Source: a virus. Taken from it: a DNA stretch of 64,000 bases. The stretch lies in the IMG/VR virus record IMGVR_UViG_3300028588_000820. One strand, 5' to 3'. The position numbers were made by a program, and so were the translations under genes. Below the pieces are notes generated by a model that saw only the letters and a program-made list of their open reading frames with translations, searched no databases and was not told the DNA's origin. Positions 19,422 through 27,098 of this stretch are shown here, piece after piece (position 1 is the first letter of the stretch; each line of letters starts with the position of its first letter).

Positions 19422-19871
19422 ATGTCTATCACAGATAACCGTAAAGCTCGACATGACTATCACATCGAAGATCGTGTCGAAGCCGGCATCATGCTTCAAG
19501 GCTGGGAGGTTAAGGCGATTCACGCCAAACAAATCTCGCTGCAAGAAGCGTACGTGATCAGCAAGAATGGTTCGTTGCATCTGTTGGGTGCAACTATCAC
19601 CCCGCTGATCCAGGCGTCCTCGCACATCGCTAAGGAACCTAGCCGTACTCGTCAGCTGCTCTTGCATAAGAAAGAAATCGAGAATCTGACCGAGAAGGTC
19701 AAGCGCGCTGGCTACACCCTGGTGCCACTCAACATGCATTACAAGGATGGCAAGATCAAGTTGGAAATCGGTCTCGCCAAAGGCAAGAAACAACACGACA
19801 AGCGTGATGCTCAACAAGAGCGTGACGTCAAGCGCGACATCGATCGCGCAATGAAAGGCCACTGTGAGTAA
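19422..19871 (+). CDS. smpB: SsrA-binding protein
   Basis: NRKARHDY, EAGIxLxGWEVK, RTRxLLLHKKEI, GLAKGKKQHDKR; start ATG19422. Confidence 0.95.
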   Translation: MSITDNRKARHDYHIEDRVEAGIMLQGWEVKAIHAKQISLQEAYVISKNGSLHLLGATITPLIQASSHIAKEPSRTRQLLLHKKEIENLTEKVKRAGYTLVPLNMHYKDGKIKLEIGLAKGKKQHDKRDAQQERDVKRDIDRAMKGHCE

Positions 19872-20133
19872 GAAATATGACGGCGATGGCGTCATCGTTA
19901 AGTACGACGGTGCGCCATACGACAGTGAGTACCACTATCTCGTTGATATCGGGTACTTCGGTAAGATCATCAACCTTCGCACTTATGCAAAGGAGCCACG
20001 TCCACTTACCATGAACGGCAAGCATGTGGTATCTCGCTGGGTTGCATGCGCGATGATCGATGTGATCAAAGAGCAGTTTCCTCATGAGAACTTCAACTAC
20101 CTCGTGATCGAAAATGAACCAAACATTCTTTGA
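19864..20133 (+). CDS. hypothetical protein
   Basis: GTG start overlapping smpB end. Confidence 0.6.
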   Translation: MSKKYDGDGVIVKYDGAPYDSEYHYLVDIGYFGKIINLRTYAKEPRPLTMNGKHVVSRWVACAMIDVIKEQFPHENFNYLVIENEPNIL

Positions 20134-20317
20134 ACATGCAATGAAGATCATTGACAACCTGACCGATGAAGAAATCTTCAACGGCTTGGTTAAAGCTGGC
20201 TTTGATCCAGACAGCATCACCATTCGCCAATATCCTGAAATGCCTGAGGGCTATGATCCTCAGGCCAAAGCACCACCGCAAACATTCCCGTTCCACGAAC
20301 CGCTGTTCTGCGGATAA
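20114..20317 (+). CDS. hypothetical protein
   Basis: ORF in operon. Confidence 0.55.
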   Translation: MNQTFFEHAMKIIDNLTDEEIFNGLVKAGFDPDSITIRQYPEMPEGYDPQAKAPPQTFPFHEPLFCG

Positions 20318-20342
20318 CTTAAATTCCAAACACAAAAATAAT

Positions 20343-20657
20343 ATGGGTACTGTCAATATCAACGGCAAAATCTATCAGGGCAACAACATCGAAATCAACG
20401 GCAATAAGATCATCATCGACGGCGTCGAGCGGCGCGAAGATGTGAGCGGTGTCGTTGAAGTCCGTATCATGTCTGGTGAACCAGTCAATGTTTCAAGCGA
20501 CGCTTCGATTACTTGCAACAACGTGAAGGGCAATCTCTCCGCTGGCGGCAGTGTCAATTGCGATGATGTTGGTGGCAATGTGAGCGCTGGCGGCTCGGTC
20601 AATTGTGACAATATCGGCGGCAACGTAAGCGCTGGTGGTTCGGTGCGCTATGGCTGA
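20343..20657 (+). CDS. small beta-solenoid repeat protein
   Basis: 14-aa repeat GGNVSAGGSVNCDD ~x3; start ATG20343. Confidence 0.75.
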   Translation: MGTVNINGKIYQGNNIEINGNKIIIDGVERREDVSGVVEVRIMSGEPVNVSSDASITCNNVKGNLSAGGSVNCDDVGGNVSAGGSVNCDNIGGNVSAGGSVRYG

Positions 20658-20853
20658 TAAGCCAGAACCGTACAAGATGGAAGGCCACAATTTCGCCTAC
20701 GTGGTGCGCGGTACTGCCTATCGGTATTGCGTGACCTGCGGCCTAGTGGCCTTCAAGAACGAGCTGACGCGGTGGGCGATTGATAAAGGTTGCAACTACA
20801 AAGATCACCCAAGCTACAAGAACAAACTGTCCATCACCAATCCATTCCTATGA
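20650..20853 (+). CDS. small Cys/His protein
   Basis: H...CVTC...C; start ATG20650. Confidence 0.6.
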   Translation: MADKPEPYKMEGHNFAYVVRGTAYRYCVTCGLVAFKNELTRWAIDKGCNYKDHPSYKNKLSITNPFL

Positions 20854-21128
20854 ACAAAAAAATTACTGTGCTTGAAGTCAAGCAAGGTGACAAAATCAAG
20901 TATGTTGGGCCGTATGAATACGGTTATCGTCCTGAGCTTGTCGACTCGATCCTCGGCGCTGGCGACTTCACGAATAGCCCATCGGGAACATTCGGTCATC
21001 TCGGTGGTGCATTCCGTTTGCCAACCGATAAGGTATTTGCCTTCTCGGCCATTTCGGTCGACTCAATCGAAATGGTTGAAGTTGAGCTTACTGCGACCGA
21101 AGTATCTCGTAAATCAGTACGTCCGTAA
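20850..21128 (+). CDS. hypothetical protein
   Basis: ATGA-coupled start at 20850. Confidence 0.6.
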   Translation: MNKKITVLEVKQGDKIKYVGPYEYGYRPELVDSILGAGDFTNSPSGTFGHLGGAFRLPTDKVFAFSAISVDSIEMVEVELTATEVSRKSVRP

Positions 21129-21133
21129 TGGAC

Positions 21134-21141
21134 TATAAATA
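21134..21141 (+). promoter_or_regulatory. late promoter
   Basis: TATAAATA. Confidence 0.7.
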
Positions 21142-21275
21142 AAATTGGTGTATAATTCACCAACACGACTTTTAAAAGGAACTTTAAGTACTTTAATCAT
21201 TTTTCATAAAACAGAGTAATTCGCGATGTAATTCGTGTGTTACCTTTAACGCTAAACGTGAAAGGAGAGCTACGT

Positions 21276-21965
21276 ATGAAAACGACATTATTTTTGCTGT
21301 CAACTATTGTCACATTAATTCTGTCTTCGGTAACAGTCAATGAACTAAACATTCATGAGAAAGTTACGAAACACGGGACTGCGGTCATTGCCGCAAAAAC
21401 ACATATTAAAGGTGGAGACAAGAATGTTTTAATTCTTCCTCCGAATTTAACCGCAAAGCAGGCTGAAAACCTAACCTACGCATATCGTGTAGCAAAGGAA
21501 GATGGCCACAAACATCCAGAGTACTACCAAGGACTGATTTACCAAGAGTCCAAAGCAGGCGGTATGAAGGGCTATGCGGTTGCCGGTCAAGAGTTTGGTT
21601 TGAAACCCATGGAGCGATACTATGGAGTCCCGCAAATCAAGCTAGGCGCAACCAAAGATGTCCTTAAAAAGTATCCAGTCCTTGGGGCATTTAGGACCGA
21701 TGAGGAAATCATCGCCAAGCTTATCTACGATGATAAGTGGGCGATCCGAGTTGGAAGTAAATATTTTAAGATGGTCGGGGAGAGCCCAGTTGCCTACAAC
21801 AAAGGTCCTTCGGGAGCTAAAGGTGTCGACCCATCCACAAACGATTATGCGATCAAAGTCGCTAATCACGTAAGAACTGTAGTAAAATCTGTCAACGGCA
21901 GGAACATGTCTTCGCTGAAGCTGTTCAATGGTAAAGCCGACAAGCAGTTAGCATCAGCCCTCTGA
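21276..21965 (+). CDS. lytic transglycosylase (SLT-like) with N-terminal signal/anchor
   Basis: QES, YGVPQI, AYNKG, YxxKV; AAGGAG SD before ATG21276. Confidence 0.8.
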   Translation: MKTTLFLLSTIVTLILSSVTVNELNIHEKVTKHGTAVIAAKTHIKGGDKNVLILPPNLTAKQAENLTYAYRVAKEDGHKHPEYYQGLIYQESKAGGMKGYAVAGQEFGLKPMERYYGVPQIKLGATKDVLKKYPVLGAFRTDEEIIAKLIYDDKWAIRVGSKYFKMVGESPVAYNKGPSGAKGVDPSTNDYAIKVANHVRTVVKSVNGRNMSSLKLFNGKADKQLASAL

Positions 21966-21968
21966 TGT

Positions 21969-21988
21969 AAGGGGACTTCGGTCCCCTT
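21969..21988 (+). terminator. UUCG hairpin terminator
   Basis: AAGGGGAC-TTCG-GTCCCCTT. Confidence 0.7.
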
Positions 21989-22016
21989 CATTCCTCTTCT
22001 CAAATCCCACAATATC

Positions 22017-22559
22017 ATGTCTAATCAAAAGCCACGCTTTGGCGTCTTTTTGGCGCTAACATTCGAAGACGAAATTTACAAGGACTACCCTCAAGTCTGT
22101 CCGACGATTCAAAATCACAAGTTCCAGAATCTCCTGATCACGCTACGTGAAGACGGCTACTTCGGTTTCCTTGGTGGTTCGGCCGATGAAGGCGAGACGG
22201 AACTCCAGGCATTGGTACGTGAGTGCAAGGAAGAAGGCAACATCGACCTGGCATGGTTGCTGTCTGTTTTGCCTCCAGACGCCCTGTCGCGTTCCTGCGA
22301 ACACACGCTCAACGATGGGTATAAGGTCATCTTGTACCATTTGCGAATCACCAAGCATCTGGCAAAGAACATCATTCGTAACTCGGTCAACGCGCCTCAC
22401 TTCTTTGTCGAGACCGCAGGCATTGTCAGCGTTGCAATCCACAACAAATCCTCGTTCCATCAAAACAAATTCTTGTCGTGCATGGGAGATGAATTCAAGG
22501 AAGTCGCGAAGCTGATCGACTCCACCATCCTCGACACATGGGGTAATCTAATCGAATGA
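22017..22559 (+). CDS. Nudix hydrolase, NUDT16-like
   Basis: Nudix box GGSADEGETELQALVRECKEEG preceded by LREDGYFGFLGG. Confidence 0.85.
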   Translation: MSNQKPRFGVFLALTFEDEIYKDYPQVCPTIQNHKFQNLLITLREDGYFGFLGGSADEGETELQALVRECKEEGNIDLAWLLSVLPPDALSRSCEHTLNDGYKVILYHLRITKHLAKNIIRNSVNAPHFFVETAGIVSVAIHNKSSFHQNKFLSCMGDEFKEVAKLIDSTILDTWGNLIE

Positions 22560-23548
22560 ACATGAATACTGACATGGAAGCTCTTATCAAGCAAAGTGTC
22601 AGGTTCGAAGGTCGTTCAAAAGGTTGGGAGCATTGCAAATGCAAGGTTTGCAATGACTATAAGGTTCGTGCTTCATTCGCATTCGAAGACGACCGCATCA
22701 AGTACAACTGCTTCAACTGCGGTCTATCGCAGTCCTACAAACGAGGCAGCACCTTCATGGCGCAGGAGTTCAGAGACATCCTCCATGCGTACACCATCAC
22801 CGACAACGACATCGACCTGATCCTCGGTAAGAACTTCTTCAATAAGGACGTCATCACCCTGGCGAAGAAGAAGGCCGAAAGTAAGATCGCCGAAGTAGAA
22901 CTACCTCCCAATTGCTATCCGATCCCTGACGTCGATCCTGACGATATGTGGACAATCGTAGCAAAAGAATACCTCGAAGAACGAGGACTATCCCTACAAG
23001 ATCATACGTGGTATTTGTCGACACATTTAGAATATCGCGATCGGCTCGTCATTCCCTACTACAAGGACGGAAAGGTGATATATTGGCAGGCGAGGTCATT
23101 TGATGACAACGCCAAAAAGCGATACATCAACCCTAACGTCCCAATCGAACCTATTCTTTTCGGGTATGAGGAATTAGAAAAGTCCGCTCAACAACCGCTG
23201 TTCATTATGGAAGGTGTCTTTGACGCTATCTCCATTGGTGGTGTGAGTATGCTTGGCAGTAAACTGTACAAGCAGAGGATCGATGCCTTTACTCGTAGTC
23301 GTCGACGCAAAATCTTTGTGATCGACAAGAAGGATAAGCAAAACAACGGATACAAGTTAGGCGTTGACGCTTTGAAGAACGGATGGGAGATTACATTCGT
23401 ATCTGGCGCTGACACCAAGGACGTCAATCATAGTGTTAGTAAATACGGCAAGCTATGGACGATCCAGAATCTAATGGAAAACGCCTGTGGTGGATTTGAA
23501 GCTCAAGTAGCTTTAGAAACGATTTGCAAGAATCACGCCGTCAAGTAA
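22556..23548 (+). CDS. DNA primase (gp61-like)
   Basis: CKVC...CFNC Zn finger, YLxxRG, RLVIP, WQAR, EGVFDA TOPRIM, KDVN. Confidence 0.92.
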   Translation: MNMNTDMEALIKQSVRFEGRSKGWEHCKCKVCNDYKVRASFAFEDDRIKYNCFNCGLSQSYKRGSTFMAQEFRDILHAYTITDNDIDLILGKNFFNKDVITLAKKKAESKIAEVELPPNCYPIPDVDPDDMWTIVAKEYLEERGLSLQDHTWYLSTHLEYRDRLVIPYYKDGKVIYWQARSFDDNAKKRYINPNVPIEPILFGYEELEKSAQQPLFIMEGVFDAISIGGVSMLGSKLYKQRIDAFTRSRRRKIFVIDKKDKQNNGYKLGVDALKNGWEITFVSGADTKDVNHSVSKYGKLWTIQNLMENACGGFEAQVALETICKNHAVK

Positions 23549-23571
23549 CACTACTATAACAAGAATAATAT

Positions 23572-24873
23572 ATGAATATTGAGAAGCAGCGTTTGCTGAT
23601 TTCTTATTTGTCTTCGGACAGCGATTTGTTTGCCCGCTGCAATGCAATCGTCGATCCGAACTATTTTGATCCAGAAGTTCGTCATTCAGTTCACTTCCTA
23701 AAGGAGTACTACGAAACCTATCGTGCGCTGCCATCTGCTGAGCAGATTAGCGCCGAGACTGGCAATCACTTCGCGGCACGTCCGCTGACAAAGACAGAAA
23801 TCGAGTATGGTCTACGTGAAGTAGAAACGTATTGCCGAAACAAGGCAATCGAAAAAGCAATCTTGGCATCACCTAAACTCCTTGATAAGGGTGACTTCGA
23901 CAAGATTCTGGTCAACATGAAAGATGCAATTTCAGTGGCCATCAACCGTGAATTGGGTTTGGATTACTTCGCCAATCCTGAGGAACGTCTAGCCAGAATG
24001 CTTCAAATGAATGCATTGATTCCAACTGGCTACAAGGAACTGGACGAATTCCTGAATGGTGGTATCTCTCGTAAAGAGTTGCTGCTGTTTATGGCAGGTT
24101 CAGGCGTTGGTAAGTCGATCTTTATGTCAAACATCGCCATCAACTTCCTGATGCAGAAGCTTAACGTGTGCTACATCACGCTAGAGCTAGCTGAAGAGGT
24201 CGTTGCAAAGCGTTTTGACACGATGATCACCGGTATCGGTCAAAAAGAAATCTTTGACAAGATGTCGAAAGTCCACGCAGAACTTGAGCAACTGCGCCCA
24301 CAAATGGGTAAGCTGTTTATCAAGCGTATGCCAGAGAGTACCACGAATGCTAACCACATTCGTGCATACCTCAAAGAGTTCGAGATGATCCATGGCTTCC
24401 TACCAGATGTCATCGTCGTCGACTACATGGACCTAATGACCTCGAATCAGAAAATCTCGGCCGAGAACCTATTCGTGAAAGACAAGTACGTTGCTGAAGA
24501 GCTACGTTCGATCGGCAACGAATACAATCTGCTGATGGTAAGTGCATCACAGATGAACCGTGCAGCAATTGGCGCAGATGACATCGACCAAAGTAATATC
24601 GCTGGTGGTCTATCGAAGATCAACACCTGCGACAACTTGATCGCTATTATCCAAACCGATGCAATGAAAGCAGCTGGCGAATACATGCTGAAGCTAGTCA
24701 AAACTCGTAACTCGGGTGGTGTTGGCAAAGTGATGATGTTACGCTGGAGCCCTGTTTCATTGCGTGTCACCGACCTTGACCATAGAGATAAGGACAAGAT
24801 CGAATTCGTACGAAGCGATGATGCTAAGAAGGGTAAGAAGAAAGACTTACTCGACCTAATGAAAGACGTTTAA
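23572..24873 (+). CDS. replicative helicase (gp41/DnaB)
   Basis: AGSGVGKS, YITLEL, VVDYMDL, ASQMNR, KTRN. Confidence 0.95.
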   Translation: MNIEKQRLLISYLSSDSDLFARCNAIVDPNYFDPEVRHSVHFLKEYYETYRALPSAEQISAETGNHFAARPLTKTEIEYGLREVETYCRNKAIEKAILASPKLLDKGDFDKILVNMKDAISVAINRELGLDYFANPEERLARMLQMNALIPTGYKELDEFLNGGISRKELLLFMAGSGVGKSIFMSNIAINFLMQKLNVCYITLELAEEVVAKRFDTMITGIGQKEIFDKMSKVHAELEQLRPQMGKLFIKRMPESTTNANHIRAYLKEFEMIHGFLPDVIVVDYMDLMTSNQKISAENLFVKDKYVAEELRSIGNEYNLLMVSASQMNRAAIGADDIDQSNIAGGLSKINTCDNLIAIIQTDAMKAAGEYMLKLVKTRNSGGVGKVMMLRWSPVSLRVTDLDHRDKDKIEFVRSDDAKKGKKKDLLDLMKDV

Positions 24874-24883
24874 GGATACCATA

Positions 24884-26749
24884 ATGGAAAATAATATTTT
24901 GAAGCTGGATGGCATGGAAAAGATCGAGTCGGACAAGGCAGTTTACCTGCCGTCGAAGAGCCGCCTCACTACCGAAAGCGAACTCGCCAAAGAGAAACGC
25001 AAATCGCCATTCGACTTCTTCAAACTGCCGAAGGATGCAACCATTCGGTTCCTGCCAGACAGCACCGGTCCGCTGACCACGTCAAGGGACTATCTTAGCC
25101 GGTATGTCGACGTCTACAGTATGTATAACATCGCTGAAGACTGCGTCATCACTCCGCTGGACATGAGTGGCTCAATGGCCAGCGCAGTCACCGAAACCGG
25201 CAGGGAAGCTGTTCGCAAAATCATGGATGATTACCTGAAACATGCGAAAGGTATGAAGTCTCTGTACTACACCCGTTCGTCCAAGCCGGTTGATCCGATT
25301 ATCACCATCGACTCGCTGAGCATGATCGTCGACTCGATGAAGACCTACCGCGAGGAAGAAGCGACCGATACGCTGCGCATGAAAATCCTGAAGGATCGTG
25401 ACCATCGCCAAGCTGAAGGCTGCTTCTACGCCCCGTACATCCCAGAAGGTCTTGGCAAGAACGAGTACAAAGTAGTGGAGCCGATCGGGTCGACCGACAC
25501 TCTGTCGAAGGAAGAATTCACGGCCGAGCCACGAGACCTGGCTCAAAACAATCTGTGCCAAGAAATCCATGATCACATGATCAACCTCGAGGTCAGCTTC
25601 GACTTTCCGCTGAAAGGTAAGAAAGTCAATCCTTTCATCTGGGACATGGACATCAACTGCTTGTACGATCGAGTCAGCCCCGTTTTCGACATTGAAAAGC
25701 CGCTGAATCCATGTAATGAAATCCCACTGGGCAAGCCGATGAACGGAGTAATGTTCGACAGTGATGTGGACCTGACGCAGAACGAAAATTGGAAGTCGTG
25801 GTTCGAGACGAACACCAACTGCAACTTCTTCGACGCCGAAACCACCTTCGTCCGGCTACCAACAACCATCACCACTGGCAACGACTACCTGGACATCTTG
25901 TTTGGCAATGGACTGAAGCCTGGATCGGTGACCTTAATCGCAGGTCAGGCAGGCCTCGGCAAATCGGCACTGGCTAAGAACGCAGCTGCTGGTCTGTCGG
26001 TGAATGGCACCGAGTTCCTGTACGTGACCGTTGAAGAATCTGCAGACAAAGTTATCGAACGCATTCAAGCTCTGAACAACCACAACGTCGATACGAACTA
26101 CAAAGTCGTTCGTGCTGGCGATTGGTGCCTCAATGGCCTGATCAACCTGATTCGTGAAGAGACTGAAGACCTGGCAAATCCACGCGTTGTGATCGTCGAC
26201 GGACTGGACTTCTTCAAAGATGCTGGTGCGCATATCCTGGGACGCCAACTGCGTACCCTCGCTATGGACCTCGATGTCGCAATCGTCGGCACCAATCAGC
26301 TGGCTCGTGCTAGTAAATACGACATCAAGCCGCTACTGCCAAGTGGTGACTATGGTCTGCTGGCTGAAGTCGATGCTGCGGTTGCAATCACTCGCAATGG
26401 TTGCGAAACTGAACTGTCGATCATGAAGAATCGTCACAGCCACACCAATGCCAAGTTCTTGTTCGATGCAGGTAGCAACCTGATCTGGGAGCCACTGAAG
26501 GTCGCTGCGGTGAATACCGAAGTGTTCGAATGCACCTTCCCGAAGCAAAGCGAAGGACGCGGTTCACGCGTTACCGAGTTGCCAGGAGGCAACGCAGAAG
26601 TGATGGAAATTGCTGACATCGAATTCTTCAAAGGTAAGCTTCTGACGAATCTGAAAATGCCAGTCTCGAAGAAAGTAACCTTCGCTGACCTGAAAGCAGC
26701 ATTCGCTCCAAAGGTCGAACCAGACTACCCAGTCGCCGACTGGCTCTAA
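24884..26749 (+). CDS. RecA/DnaB-fold ATPase flanked by a mosaic of core-phage-protein motifs
   Basis: Core aa ~328-520 (AGQAGLGKS, YVTVEES, VIVDGL, TNQLAR, KNRH); flanks described in findings. Confidence 0.85.
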   Translation: MENNILKLDGMEKIESDKAVYLPSKSRLTTESELAKEKRKSPFDFFKLPKDATIRFLPDSTGPLTTSRDYLSRYVDVYSMYNIAEDCVITPLDMSGSMASAVTETGREAVRKIMDDYLKHAKGMKSLYYTRSSKPVDPIITIDSLSMIVDSMKTYREEEATDTLRMKILKDRDHRQAEGCFYAPYIPEGLGKNEYKVVEPIGSTDTLSKEEFTAEPRDLAQNNLCQEIHDHMINLEVSFDFPLKGKKVNPFIWDMDINCLYDRVSPVFDIEKPLNPCNEIPLGKPMNGVMFDSDVDLTQNENWKSWFETNTNCNFFDAETTFVRLPTTITTGNDYLDILFGNGLKPGSVTLIAGQAGLGKSALAKNAAAGLSVNGTEFLYVTVEESADKVIERIQALNNHNVDTNYKVVRAGDWCLNGLINLIREETEDLANPRVVIVDGLDFFKDAGAHILGRQLRTLAMDLDVAIVGTNQLARASKYDIKPLLPSGDYGLLAEVDAAVAITRNGCETELSIMKNRHSHTNAKFLFDAGSNLIWEPLKVAAVNTEVFECTFPKQSEGRGSRVTELPGGNAEVMEIADIEFFKGKLLTNLKMPVSKKVTFADLKAAFAPKVEPDYPVADWL

Positions 26750-26765
26750 TAATAACAAGGAAAAC

Positions 26766-27011
26766 ATGACTACTGAAACCACCCAAAACGTCGTTACCAT
26801 CAACGGCAAAGAGTACGAAATCGCCAATCTGTCTGACACTGCAAAAAGTCTGCTGCAGATTTTTAACCAGTGGCAGAACGAGCGTGATGAATCAGCCACC
26901 GCCCTAACCAAGGCGAAGGTTGAGCTGGCAAAGAACGAGGCAGCACTACGTGACTTGTCCCGCGAAATCGTCGAGCTAATCGAGAACGAAGAAGCCGCAC
27001 CAGCTGCCTAA
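26766..27011 (+). CDS. small coiled-coil protein
   Basis: VTINGKEY followed by a helical segment; AAGG SD. Confidence 0.75.
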   Translation: MTTETTQNVVTINGKEYEIANLSDTAKSLLQIFNQWQNERDESATALTKAKVELAKNEAALRDLSREIVELIENEEAAPAA

Positions 27012-27029
27012 TCATTTCGTCGATTAAAG

Positions 27030-27056
27030 AAAGGAGGCCAATTGGCCTCCTTTTTT
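27030..27056 (+). terminator. intrinsic terminator
   Basis: AAAGGAGGCC-AATT-GGCCTCCTTTTTT. Confidence 0.9.
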
Positions 27057-27064
27057 CGTATCCG

Positions 27065-27071
27065 ATAAATA
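27065..27071 (+). promoter_or_regulatory. late promoter (others at 28831, 30437, 33202, 33879)
   Basis: ATAAATA. Confidence 0.7.
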
Positions 27072-27098
27072 TTCGTGAACCCATACATAGACATCATC

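Noticed and set aside
24884-26749. ORF as a genuine RNR, polymerase or capsid gene, or a decayed pseudogene
   Set aside because: Each match is only 5-44 aa without surrounding domain; the ORF is uninterrupted with an SD and intact ATPase motifs; no DNA repeats were seen between modules
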